NCBI GenBank assembly: GCA_030264375.1
Contig: JASCQW010000190.1
Span: forward strand, 44,046,321-44,106,283
Origin: Carcharhinus longimanus
Lineage: Eukaryota
Direction: 5' to 3'
Length of the DNA stretch: 59,963 nucleotides
Shown in pieces: positions 1 through 11,500 of the stretch. Every line of letters starts with the position of its first letter. Within the stretch, counting starts at the first letter, position 1. The notes under the pieces are model-generated. The model had not been told where the DNA came from, made no database searches, and saw only the letters and a program-made list of their open reading frames with translations. The position numbers and the translations under genes were made by a program.

Positions 1-78
1 AACTCCAACGAGTACAGACCCAGTCTATTTGGTCTCTCTTCATAGTCCAACCCCCTCATCTCTGGTATCAGCCTAGTA
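1..78 (-). mobile_element. CR1 LINE ORF2 C-terminal fragment (cut by window edge)
   Basis: Reverse strand translates FTRLIPEMRGLDYEERPNRLGLYSLE, the typical CR1 post-RT motif. Confidence 0.85.
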
Positions 79-94
79 AATAAATAGTAGTAAT

Positions 95-428
95 CATCAA
101 GTTCACAAGTCTCTTTAGACAGCACCTTTCAAACCCATGAGCATTGCCATGTACAAGGACAGTGGCAGCAGAAACACAGGAACACCACCATCTGAAGGTT
201 CCCCTCCAAGCCACCCACCATCCTGACTTGGAAATATATCACCGTTCCTTCACTGTTGCTGGATCTAAATCCTGGAATTTTCTCTGAAACAGCACTCTGA
301 GTGTACCTACACCACAGTGACTGCAGCGGTTCAAGAACACAACTCGCCACCACCTTTTCAAGTGCAATGAGCATTGAATGCTGGGTTATCCAGTGATGCC
401 CACATCTCGAGAACAAACTTTTAAACAA
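95..428 (+). mobile_element. 3' end of a CR1/L2-group LINE (family B)
   Basis: Homologous to the minus-strand copies at 9025-9695 and 29912-30365 (caccatcctgacttggaaatatatc...ctgcagcggttcaagaa...gatgcccacatc); A-rich end. Confidence 0.75.
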
Positions 429-459
429 AATCAGGCCTGAGCATATTCTCACCCTACAC

Positions 460-572
460 AAAAATTAAAATACTGCAGATTCTTTAAATCTGAAACAAAA
501 ATAGAAAATGCTGGAAATAATCAGGAGATCAGGAGACCTTCTGTGGAAAGAGAAACAGGGGTGGACATTTTT
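460..572. mobile_element. Short Penelope-derived repeat remnant
   Basis: aaaatactgcagat...aaaatgctggaaat...tctgtggaaagagaaacag, similar to 59695-59800, 30366-30440 and (inverted) 1250-1345. Confidence 0.55.
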
Positions 573-629
573 CACATCTAGTCTGGGAGCAAATGACAAG
601 TGGAGGGCATAATGTAAATGGCATGGTGG

Positions 630-1220
630 GGTAAGTCATACCCATTGTCTAGCCATCGCCACAGGTATTTTACCAGCAGCAGGGTGGGTTCAGATGATCC
701 ACCTATCCTAGGCCAATTCAGGCCCTTAATGGTAACTTTTGGATCTCTTCCTGCAGCACTGATATTTTAGCAGTGGCAGGATGCCCAGGCCATGTAGCAA
801 GCTGTCAGGTAAACCTGGTAGCCTAGGTGCAGGCTTAAGGGGTAAGAGAGGCCCATTCCTTCCATTTAGGCACCCTGTGCTGAACTCCTCAAAATGATGA
901 TTGTCACCCTCACTTATCTCTCTCTNNNNNNNNNNNNNNNNNNNNNNNNNNNNNNNNNNNNNNNNNNNNCTGGCCTCAATTAAGTCACCTTGACTCATCT
1001 TTGAATCTGGATTTCATGGTGTCCCTGTGGTGGACTGCAGTACTTCCACACTGGGAAGGGCATTGCTGAAACTGGGCAGCTGCCCACTGTCTGGTTGGCA
1101 ACTCTGAGTAGGTCATCCTCCCAGATTGGGGCAATAGCCTCAACCACTTAGAAGGCCGTAAAATCATCATGGCTTCTCAGCCAGTGGTGGAACTGCTACT
1201 GTTTCTGTAAAAATGTTGGT
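630..1220. mobile_element. Non-autonomous DNA-transposon-like repeat (ggccaattNaggcccttaa family)
   Basis: Shares the ccaatt-gaggcccttaa motif with 13385-13680, 27430-28040 and 29390-29570. Confidence 0.45.
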
Positions 1221-1249
1221 CCTAATTAATGCTTCAGATCTACTGTGGC

Positions 1250-1345
1250 CTTTGAAAGATCACAAACCTGAAATGTTAACTATTTCTTTCACCTTTCTGA
1301 CCTGCTGAGCGTTTCCTGCATTTTCTGTTTTTATCCCAGCATTTT
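1250..1345 (+). mobile_element. Penelope-derived remnant with decayed hammerhead-like 3' half
   Basis: gaaagatcacaaacctGAAAtgttaact followed by ctgacctgctgagcgtttcctgcattttctgttttt; inverse of the 460-572 and 59695-59800 repeat. Confidence 0.5.
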
Positions 1346-2721
1346 CCGATTGCCGCCTTGTTGCCTTTGTCAGTGTTTGGTCCTTTTTATTAACTTTCGA
1401 TTTGACCCACAGCAGCTCATTCAGCTTCTCTGGAGAGATCAAAAGATTAGATATTTCTGCTCTCGCTTCCTCTGCAATGAAAGGTGTTGCCCTGAGGGAG
1501 AGTCCACATTCAAAACATTATTTTTTCTGTCTTCTCCGTAATGTCCGACATGCTTCCAGCATCTTTGGTTTCAGGTTCCCAGCACCTTGAGTGATTTGCA
1601 ATTTTAAGTTTCAGTTTAACCCTTTGAGTACAGGTCTTCAACTGAACTAAAAGGTTTTCTCGCTAATGCATTATCATGTTGAAAATTGCTCCCACGCCAT
1701 AAAACCTCTGTGCTGATGTTTAATTAAAGATTAGATTTTGACGTGTGACTGTACAATGATGCAGAATATTGACGCATCCATGTGTGAAGTAATCTTGTGT
1801 ATTTGGATACAATCATGGCTAACACATGATGAGTGTCCAATCTGTTACGCCATCATGGATAGTCTCCAACCATAAGCAGTTTTTGCCCAGAGGCAGAGAA
1901 ATGTGGAGAAGTTTCCATTGATTATAATCTGAAGGGTGAGGGTAGGTGAGCCACTCAGGCACTTGTGAATCCAGATGGTGTATGTTGCAGGAAAACAGCA
2001 TAAATCAGAGTCTCCCTCTGAGAAATAATTAAATAGGAACCAGAATTGTTTTTGATTTGCTGCATTATTCTTGTGTATCTCTTTTAATGTTTCTTTAAAA
2101 GCAGAAGTTGCTGATTACAGTGTTTATTGCATTAATCGAGGCATTGTAGATTAGCTTAAGGTTTTACTTCAAAACTAGTCTTGACACGTCAGACTTTATG
2201 TAATGTTTTTTAACCTTTCTCACTGGCTTTCTGAATGTGCGCTCAATCAAGCAAAGCTTTCTGCGTTTAAAAATCTTCTGATAGAACAGAATTTTTAAAA
2301 ATCTTTTAGGTTGTTCACTAAAATTTATTGCAGCAGTTTCATGCTGGGGCTAATTCTTGCCATATGGCCCTTGATGAATAGTTGTAAAGGAGGAAATTTA
2401 AACAAATACTGCGCAGACCGGTCATTTCAAGTTGCTATTTAGGAAGAGTATTGCATCTCACAATATGACAAGCAAATTGCAACATTGCCCTGTCTTGTCC
2501 TGTGCTTTATCTGAAAGAAGATCATCTGTCTGTACGTACTATAACACGAGATGGGAGCAGCAGTTTAGAGCGATCCACGTTTTCAGCAGCAGTAAAGGCA
2601 AGCTGAAGTGAAATGTTACATTTCACTATATGCCGACCAGATTTCTGTAATGTACGAGTACAATGATAATTGCACTTTTGTCAATGTGTTTTACTATGTC
2701 AATATGCTGTTACCAGTAATG

Positions 2722-3350
2722 TCATCATCGGCTATCCCTCAATTCGAGGATGATGTTGACTCAGGATGGTGAGTTTCTGCATGGATTTTCATCTGATTGA
2801 ACAGGCCCATTCTTGCCCCCCAGATCTTTCGACACATGGGGCAAGACCTCCCACAAAGTAGTGGGATCTGGAGTGCAGGATTTGCTCTCTGTTCTCCACT
2901 TCTCTGCCTTCATCAATAAGGCATAGTGACTCAAAAGTGTGAGGCAGCTTGATGGACAAGTTGTCACCATTTTGAATGATTCAGAGCAAGCTCCTCCCAG
3001 TCATTATTATCAATGTTACTGATTTTTAAACAGAGTTTCAGAATGTCTGAATTCTGAAGCTCTGTTTAAAATGTAGTAACATTGATTTGTCCCTCCCTGA
3101 AAAATTGACCATTTTGAGTTGAGAAAACAAGATCTGACCAGTGAGATGTTTTTCAATCATCCCACAAAGTATTCCATCCACCAAAATTGATTTTGCCTGA
3201 ATTCCTGTGTAGCACCATAATGCCACATCTGGAACTGCCAGTGCTTCACTCTTTTATATAGCTTAACTGCCCTTTCCAAACACAACACAAATCCAGATCC
3301 TGGCAGTCTTTCACCGTTCAGTTGAATGCAGGGTGACAATTCCACAGCCC
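2722..3350 (-). mobile_element. Degraded RTE-clade LINE 3' portion
   Basis: Minus strand ends in tcatcctcgaattgagggatagccgatgatga (RTE-like 3' end); CIQLNGERLP resembles the RTE 'HVxRMxxxRLPK' motif. Confidence 0.55.
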
Positions 3351-3859
3351 TACAGAGAGCTTTGTTCTATCACCATCTTCAGACTGCAGTTAGAATTCTC
3401 CTGTCGCCAGCTTCAGACTCCATCTGGTATTTTATGAGCTCGCTTGGGCGAGGCTCATGAAATCCCACCCGAGGCCAATGGTGAATCCTGGAATGGGCAT
3501 GCTGGGAAAGCTCTGGTCCATGAAGGTGCATCAGTATTTTGTTCTGGATCCTTGATTTTGATGTGTGTTACTGGCAACATCACCAAGGGCCAAGGTGTCA
3601 GCTTGGCAAAGGTCATCAGCTCCAAGACCCCAGTTTGAATAAGATCATGAAGGATGAGGTGGCTTCCTGGAGACAATCCCTTACTGCCCACTTTCAGCTT
3701 AGAATCAGATTCCTAAGATTTCAACCACCAATGATTTGTCAAAACCCAAAATGACTGACAGTGATCCAAGAGCCACAAAGTAAAGATAGCTTTAAAATTT
3801 CAATATCCAGAATGAATCTTGTCTTCATGATTCTTGACTTTCAGAAGTGTTAAGAAGTC

Positions 3860-4666
3860 TGCTTTGCTGGAGGATGGGTAGAGGAAAATAAAACGTGATA
3901 GTGGTTGTTGAAACGAAAGTGTGAGATATTGCATTTTGGGAAGCTCAATCAAGGTAGGACTTCTATAGTGAATGGTTGGACCTTGGGAAGCATCGTGGAA
4001 CAGAGGAACCTTGAGTTCATGTGCACGGTTCTCTAAAGGTGGAGTCACAGGTAGATAGGGCAGTGGCATGCTGGCCTTCATCTGTCAGGGCAAAATGGGA
4101 AGTTATGTTGCAGTTATACAGGACGTTGGTGAGGCTGCAACTGGAGTATTGTGTTTGGTTTTGGTCGTCTTGCTGAAGGAAAGATGTTATTAAATTGAAG
4201 AGAGTGCAGAAGAGATTTACAAGGATGTTGCCAGGACTCCAAGGACTGAGTTATAGAGAGAGATTGGACAGGCTAGGACTACTTTCTTTGGAGCGTAGGA
4301 GACTGAGGGGTAATCTTATAAAGGTGTATAAGGTCATGAGAGGCATGGATAGGGTAAGTGCACTCAGTATTCTTCCCAGGGTTGGGGAACCGAGAACTAG
4401 GAGGCATAGGTTTAAGTTAAGAGGGAAGAGAATTAATGGGAATCTGAGGAGCAACTTTTTTACATAGAGGGTGATACGTATGTGGAATGAGCTGCCTATG
4501 GAAGTGGTTGAGACAGGGACATTGACAACATTTAAAAGGTGTTTGGACAGATATATGGATAGGAAAGGTTTAAAGGGATATGGGGCTAGCTTGGATGGCT
4601 TTTTGGTCATCATGGACCAGTTTGGGCCAAAGGACCTGTCTCTGTGCTGTACATTCTATGATTCTG
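3860..4666 (+). mobile_element. 5'-truncated CR1 LINE (ORF2 C-terminus and 3' UTR)
   Basis: KRVQKRFTRMLPGLQGLSYRERLDRLGLLSLERRRLRGNLIKVYK...RTRRHRFKL; ends with TTCTATGATTCTG tail; in-frame stop. Confidence 0.92.
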
Positions 4667-5350
4667 TGAAAGGGATTGGAATAATACAATCATACCAACT
4701 TGAATTTATGCCTCGTTAGCAGTCCATTTTAGAATTCAACTGAACCATGGTTGTCATATGCAGAAGCAGGAAGTTTTTTCTTTGGTGTACAGCAATGCTG
4801 GCTTTTGAGGAAGATTTCTTGGAAAAATAGTTGTTTTGCTTTAGACTAGGGAGAGTTGCTGTAATTAGTATATAGAGACAGACTCACAATAGTGAAGAGC
4901 AAGAGTTATGATCACGTGATTTATGGCTAATTTGCATTATTCAGCTGATGAAACCAGGTCCTGTAATCATTTACACTTTAAAGGTGTCAGATGAAAATAG
5001 AGGCATGTGCAAGGGTATATCGAAATACCAGTTCGAACAATAGCACATCCCAGCAAGGTGCACACAGCATGGCTATTTCAGGTAGAGCTGTTTTAATATG
5101 AGAACTACACTAGGTGCATTTTACATCTGAGATCACAACAGAGTGAATCGTGTTAGAAAAGCCACTGTGTTTCAACCTCAAAACGTTCGATGATAAATAT
5201 GATGGTAGTAACACATAGAATGTAGCTAAATGCAAATATGCAACCAGCACAAGGTTAACATTTATTTGTATGTCTGTCACCTTTGTGGTAAATTGATTTT
5301 TGCAAAAACATTACAGCTCACCTTTAAAACTCTGATTACCATGTACTGTC

Positions 5351-5642
5351 CTGTGGTACAGTGGTTAGCACTGCTGCCTCACAGTGCTAGGGACCTGGGG
5401 TTTGATTCCTGGCTTGGATCACTGTCTGTGCAGTTTGCACATTCTCCCCGTGTCTGTGTGGGTTTCCTCTAGGTGCTCCGGTTTCGTCCTGTAGTCTGGA
5501 AGACGTGTTGGTTAGGTGCATTGGTCTTGCTAAATTCTCCCTCAGTGTATCTGAATAGGTGTTGGAGTGTGGCAACTAGGGGATTTTCACTAATTTCATT
5601 GCAGTGTTAATGTAAGCCTACCTGTGAAACAAATAAACTAAA
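5351..5642 (+). mobile_element. HE1-like V-SINE (tRNA-derived) with alternative 3' tail
   Basis: A-box tggtacagtggttagc, B-box-like ggtttgattcc, V-domain tttgcacattctccccgtgtctgtgtgggtttcctct; tail ttcattgcagtgttaatgtaagcctac...aataaact. Confidence 0.85.
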
Positions 5643-5934
5643 AAATATAGTTGAAATAAACGGCAATGAGAGGCAGTCTGCTCCCAACCTCTCCCAAGGC
5701 TGTTTTTTCAGCTGGTTCCAGGAAGATTATCTGACATGACTCTTCCTTCCTGATGCCTGTGAGCTGAAGGACATAAGAATTTGAGAGTGGTGGTCCAGGC
5801 AGCGACTGCAAACCTACCAGCAGATTTTGTCTGTGAGCTAAGTCGGAGAGTCAGAAACACATTTACACAGAATTGATTTGCTATTTTAGTACAACGAGCA
5901 GATCTTCCATGATATTGAATATTTCTCATCCGTA

Positions 5935-6775
5935 TTTATTGTTGAGAAAAGCATGGATGTTAGGGAACTTGGGGAGATAAATATTGATGTCTTGAGGAGA
6001 TGCTGGAAGTCTTAAAGAGCATCAAGGTAGATAAATCTGCAAGACTTGATGAAGTTTATCCCAGAACGTTGTGGGAGGCTAGGGAGGAAGTTGCGGGTCC
6101 CTGAGCTGAGATACTTCAATCATCCGGAGTCACGGGTGAGGTGCCTGAAGATTGGAGAGTGGCAAATGTTGTACCTTTGTTTAAAAACAAAGATGACACC
6201 AAGGTTGGTGACATGGTGGACAGTGAGGAAGGTTATCNNNNNNNNNNNNNNNNNNNNNNNNNNNNNNNNNNNNNNNNNNNNNNNNNNNNNNNNNNNNNNN
6301 NNNNNNNNNNNNNNNNNNNNNNNNNNNNNNNNNNNNNTTATAAGGAGAGGCTGGATAGACTGGGACTTTTTTCTCTGGAGCGTAGGAGACTGAGGGGTGA
6401 TCTTATAGAGGTCTCTAAACTAATGAGGGGCATAGCCAAGGTAGATTGTCAATGTCTTTTCCCAAAGATAGGGGAGTCTAAAACTAGAGGGCATAGGTTT
6501 AGGTGAGAGGGGAGAGATATAAAAATGTCCAGAGGGGCAATCACACAGAGGGTGGTGAGTGTCTGGAAAAGCTGCCAGAGGTAGTAGTAGAGGCAGTACA
6601 ATTTTGTCTTTTAAAAAGCATTTGGACAGTTCAATGGGCAAGATGGGTATAGAGAGATATGGGCCAAATGCAGGCAATTGGGACTAGCTTAGGAGTTTAA
6701 AAAAAGGGCGACATAGACAAGTTGGGTCGAAGGACCTGTTTCCATGCTGTAGAGCTCAATACTCTATGATTCTGT
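5935..6775 (+). mobile_element. CR1 LINE ORF2 fragments spanning an assembly gap
   Basis: PEDWRVANVVPLFK, DDTKVG, YKERLDRLGLFSLERRRLRGDLIEV; tail ctctatgattctg. Confidence 0.9.
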
Positions 6776-6944
6776 AATGTTCACAGCAGTTTTACACTGA
6801 CCAGAGCATTATATCAAACAGTGCTGCTAAAGAGTTAATTTCTTAAAAATTTACATAATTTCTGAGGTAAATTTACAGATCAGCAGATGTTTGTAAATAT
6901 TCAGCTCCAATAGTTGGAAATGAATACCTTTGCTTTTACACTTT

Positions 6945-7607
6945 GGGTGGAATTCACCCATGCCTCTACTAGCAGCTTCAATGGCAAGCAGCAGGGGAAG
7001 AATTTGGCTTCATGACAGCCTGAGTTTCCTGTGGGATCTTCCGTTGGTGCCCACCATGAAGGATCAGAAAACCTGCCGGAGGCTGGTGTGAGATTGATTA
7101 CATACTGCTAATGGGATGCAGATGAGAGCCTAACCAGAATCTTCCACCCACGCCCGACTCTCCACAATGCTAGCGGAAAACATACCTGTTCAGGACACAT
7201 CTGGAACAACATGGCGTGCAGAAGTTTGTGATGGGGGCCAGCAGCAACCCTGGACTCTAGAACACAACAGCAGTGGATGGGGGGGAGCAGCTACAGGCAG
7301 ATCTTCCAGATTAAACATCATCAAGGAAGTCCATCCTCCAGTCTCCAGAACGTTCCTGGAGATCCATCTTTGTCAGGTGGTCCATCTTCTGTCAACAACG
7401 GTGGCTCAGTGATGCTGGGCCCATTTTCAATATGGAACCCAGATATGATGGTGATAAGTGCTCCGTCATGACCACTGCCACGGAATAAGACGCTAACCCC
7501 GGGCTGTTAAACTAATGAAGTCAGGACTGGAAGATGTGACGCAGTTTCCCATCAGCCTTCTCTTCGACCTCACCACGGACCTCATCCCGAATGGGAGAAT
7601 TCCATCT
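6945..7607. mobile_element. MITE / non-autonomous DNA transposon (possibly Harbinger-type)
   Basis: Imperfect terminal inverted repeats GGGTGGAATTCACCC ... GGGAGAATTCCATCT. Confidence 0.55.
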
Positions 7608-8146
7608 TCTGTTTTTTGAGGAGAGATCTGTTAAGTGTGCCAGAGTTAACACTTTTTTATAGACAGACTTCAAGAAGAGGAAATCTTCAACCTCACAAAT
7701 AGCCTTGAAGACTAGAGAGTAACTTATTATTGAAGATAAAATGAAAATTTAATTAAATAAATGAATTGCCTTTAACGTGATCATTAAAACTACCTGAGGA
7801 TTCAATGTCAGTGTTGGGTTTCAGGGGCTTTGACTTCAAGTAGTTCAGACAGATTCTGCATTTTAGAACATTCCTGTAGACAAGTCGTTGCTCCCTACAA
7901 ACCCGACTGGATCTTTACTTGTCCAATATTAGGCTATTTATAACCTAGGACTTGAGAAGAAGACTCTTGCCATTGTATTTCCGTAATCTCTCCATATATA
8001 TATGACCCCACACAACTCTTCTCAAACTTGCACAGGTAGAACAAACAATCTGTTAAACCGGAGCTTGCACTAAAAACTATTAAATAATTATTTATTAATG
8101 GAGATGTAAATAAGATAGCAATGTTGCACTATTGTAAAGCCATCAG

Positions 8147-8518
8147 GGAGGCGATGACCCAGTGGTATTATCGCTGGATTATTAATCCAGAAACTCAGCT
8201 AATGTTCGGGGGATGCGTGTTCGAATCCCACCGTGGCAGATGGTGGAATTCGAATTCAATAAAAAAAATCTGGAATTAATAATCTACTGATGACCATGAA
8301 ACCATTGTCGATTGACACAAAAATCCATCTGCTTCACTAGAGCCCTTTTAGGGAAGGAAATCTACTGACTTTATCTGGTCTGGTCTACATGTGACTCCAG
8401 ATCCACAGCAACATGGTTGACTCTTAACTGCCATCTGAAATGGCCTAGCAAACCACTCAGTTCAAGGACAACTAGGGGTGGGCAACAAACACCCATGTCC
8501 ATGAATAGATTTTAAAAA
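8147..8518 (+). mobile_element. tRNA-derived SINE (family B), near full length
   Basis: A-box-like tgacccagtggta, B-box gttcgaatccc, core tttagggaaggaaatct...gtgactccaga...ggttgactcttaactgcc, tail shared with LINE family B. Confidence 0.85.
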
Positions 8519-8702
8519 ATGGTATATTCAGTACAGAGGGAGGCAATTGACTCTCATATCTGTGCAGTTTCTTCACTAGAGTACTCTGAACACTGATATC
8601 TTCTTCCAAGTTAACTATTTATCCAATTTTCAAGAAAAATGAGTATTATTTGCATGGAGAAGTAAATAAGACAGCAATGTTGCACTGTACTGTAAAGCCA
8701 CT

Positions 8703-8918
8703 GGGGAGGTGATGACCTAGTGGTATTACCGTTGGACTATTAATCCAGAAACTCAGCTAATGTTCTGAAGATGTGGATTCAAATCCCTCGTGCAGATGAT
8801 CGAATTTGAATTCAATAAAAAAAACCTGGAATTAATCATCTACTGATGACCATGAAACCATCGTGGATTGTCGGGAAAAACCCATCTGGTTCACTAATGT
8901 CCTATAGGGAAGGAAATT
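8703..8918 (+). mobile_element. Family B SINE, 3'-truncated second copy
   Basis: Aligns to 8147-8360. Confidence 0.85.
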
Positions 8919-9024
8919 TTTTGCCTCTTTCTCTGAGGCAAAGCATTTCATGTTTCAACAATCCTGTGTGTGAAGCAATTTCTTCTAATTCCTCTCTTCA
9001 CACTTAGTGATAGTTTTTTTGAAA

Positions 9025-9695
9025 ATTCATACATGGGATGTGAGGTTCCCTGGATAGTCTAGTCAGTAAGTGCCCTCGAGAAGGTGGTGAGCTGCTTTCT
9101 TAAACGGCTGCAATCCTTGTAGTGTAGGTACACCGACAATGTTGCTTGGGAGGAAGTTCCAGGATTTTGACCCTGTGACATTAAAGGAATGGTTATATAT
9201 TTGTAAGTCAGGATGGTGAATGGCTTGGAGAGAAATTTCCTGGTGGTGATATTCCCATGTGTTTGTTGCCCTTGCCCTTCTAGACGGTAGCAGTTGTGGG
9301 TTTGGAAGGTACTGCCTAAAGAGCCTTGATGAGTTGCTGCAGTGCACCTTGTAGATGGTACATACTGCTGCCGCTGTACGTTGGTGGTGGAAGGATTAAA
9401 ATGCTGTGGAAGGGGTCAAAGATATTCCTTCCTCCTACAATCAAGTAGGCTGTGTTCAGCTTCTTGAATGTTGTTGAAAATTCATCCAGGCAAGGGGAAA
9501 GTATTCCATACTCCTCACTTGTGCCTTGTAGATCGTGGACAGGTTTTGGGGGGGATGATGGAGGAGAGGGGGGTGGAAATCAAGAGGTGAGTTACTCGCC
9601 ACAGGATTCCTAGCCTCTGACTTGCTCTTGTAGCCACAGTATTTATATGTCTGGTTCAGTTCACTTTCTGGTCAATGGTATCCCCCAAGAAGTTA
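9025..9695 (-). mobile_element. CR1/L2-group LINE (family B) 3' region
   Basis: Reverse complement of the 95-428 and 43335-43750 sequences; decayed ORF2 C-terminus. Confidence 0.8.
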
Positions 9696-9931
9696 TTGCT
9701 GGCTCACACCCCAAATCATGTTTCTCTGTTCACACAATCAAATTTAATAATCTCTTCTAAATCTGCTATTAGCCATCCCTGCTCCAATGGAAGTAGCCAC
9801 ATTATATAAATCCTGAGCTATTAAAAATTTATTGTTTTTCTACTCTCCAAAAGATGGAAAATAATACATGGCATCTTCTGCTGTTCCATGTGAAGTGGAG
9901 TTGACACAAAAGTCCTGATTCAATCTTATGT

Positions 9932-10087
9932 CATGATGTGGAGATGCCGGCGTTGGACTGGGGCAAACACAGTAAGAAGTCTCACAACATCAGGTTAAAG
10001 TCCAACAGGTTTACTTGTTTATTTGTGGGTTTACTATCAAATAAACTGGTTGGACTTTAACCTGGTGTTGTGAGACTTCTTACTGTG
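9932..10087. mobile_element. Mini Penelope-type inverted-repeat element with TSD
   Basis: Arms acacagtaagaagtctcacaacatcaggttaaagtccaac / gttggactttaacctggtgttgtgagacttcttactgtgt; flanked by tcaatcttatgt (9920-9931) and tcaaccttatgt (10088-10099). Confidence 0.8.
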
Positions 10088-10234
10088 TCAACCTTATGTT
10101 GCAGTTCAGTCACTAACTTTTTACATGAGTCTCTGACCTGCCTGTTTTAGGCTTCAAATGGGCTACCCAGTGGGAGGAAGATATGCTCAGGTATAAATTA
10201 CCTATAACGTATAGGTAATTAGCCATTGTACACA

Positions 10235-10430
10235 AAGAGCCATAGGCATCTCTTTCCATTAGAAAGAGAGACAGTTGGTTATATAGCTTGGGGGACATCA
10301 TTCTATGTTAAGTGTGAGCTTATGGTAAGGCCTCTGAACTCCCACTGCTGGTATGTGGACTGAATCTGTGCTGTTGGCGTTATTCTTCTCCAGACTGTAG
10401 CCAGCTAGCCAGCTGAGCTACCCAGCTCCT
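10235..10430 (-). mobile_element. Degraded tRNA-derived SINE
   Basis: Minus strand starts ggagctgggtagctcagctggctag (A-box) with a B-box-like agattcagtcc downstream. Confidence 0.5.
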
Positions 10431-10589
10431 GCATGAACAGAGCCATTGTCTAAATGTGACAGGGAGAAGCTGACCCTGGGGTGACTTTAGTAAATTTTGT
10501 AAGACTCCCAGTAATGTTGCCAACTGCTCCTGGAGGCGCTTGGCAGCCACTCTAGGAAATGGTGCAAATCCCTGTTCAAATTGGACCAT

Positions 10590-11100
10590 GGCCAGAATTT
10601 TCTAGCCCTTTTCCCCACAGTGGGTTTTCCTGAGCTGGAGGTGGCTCACTATTGGCCACTAGCAGGATAGAATCATAGAATCCCTCCAGTGCAGAAGGAA
10701 GCCATTCAGCCCATTGAGTCTACAATGACCATAATCCCACCCAGACCCTATTCCCGTAACCCCACATATTTTCCCTGCTAATCCCCTGATGCTCAGGTCA
10801 ATTTAGCATGGCCAGTCAACCTAACCCGCACATCTTTGGACTGTGGGAGGAAACTGGAGCAACCAGAAGAAACCCATGCAGACGCACGGAGAATGTGCAA
10901 ACTCCACACAAAGTGATCTGAAGCTGGAATTGAACCCGGGTCCTTGGCACTGAGAGGCAGCAGTGTTAATCGTTGTGCCACCAAGCCATTGACCTCGATC
11001 ACGCTGAAGTCTGATGTTTTGCATGGCCTGACCATCCTGCCACTAGGGAACCCATGGTGGAGATCAACTTCACTGGTAGGAAGGACTGGAAAATCTACCC
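10590..11100. mobile_element. MITE-like element interrupted by an HE1 SINE
   Basis: Termini ggccagaattttc ... ggaaaatctaccc resemble the other short MITEs in the window. Confidence 0.4.
10667..10987 (-). mobile_element. HE1-like V-SINE with CR1-type tail
   Basis: Reverse complement of the tRNA head, V-domain and TTCTATGATTCTA tail. Confidence 0.9.
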
Positions 11101-11282
11101 CCCTCCCCCCAAATCACTGTATTGCCAGATGCACAATTATCGCTGAGTTGCCAGCAATTAAGTACATTGCGCAAGTTCCTCCTTCCATTATAATGTTTGC
11201 CATCAGCACCCGATTGTTTTTTAGGTTTATGACTCTCTAGTGATACTAGTTTTTTAACATTGCTGACTCATCACGTATCCAT

Positions 11283-11500
11283 GCAGTAACTCGGCATTCA
11301 GGCTAAGATCAAGTGTTAGACAAAGCCTGAGGTCAGGTGCAATGCATTTTCTTGTCAGCTTGGATTTTGTTTGTCTTTCTTGGGTGACCATGAATTGGAT
11401 TCAATTTGAATTGGTTTTTGGAGCTAGCAAGGAGATGGATTAGGGACTTGCCATGTCCACTCTATGCATTGGCTTTGTAACTTTAAGAAACAAAATAAAA
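11283..11500 (+). pseudogene. RNU2: U2 snRNA-derived sequence (pseudogene or U2-derived repeat)
   Basis: CTCGGC..GGCTAAGATCAAGTGT (11290-11316), TTCTTgTCAG, Sm-like GTTTTTGGAGC, GGAGATGGAtTAGG..CTTGC..GTCCACTC.A.GCAT, collinear with vertebrate U2; then an A-rich tail. Confidence 0.85.
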
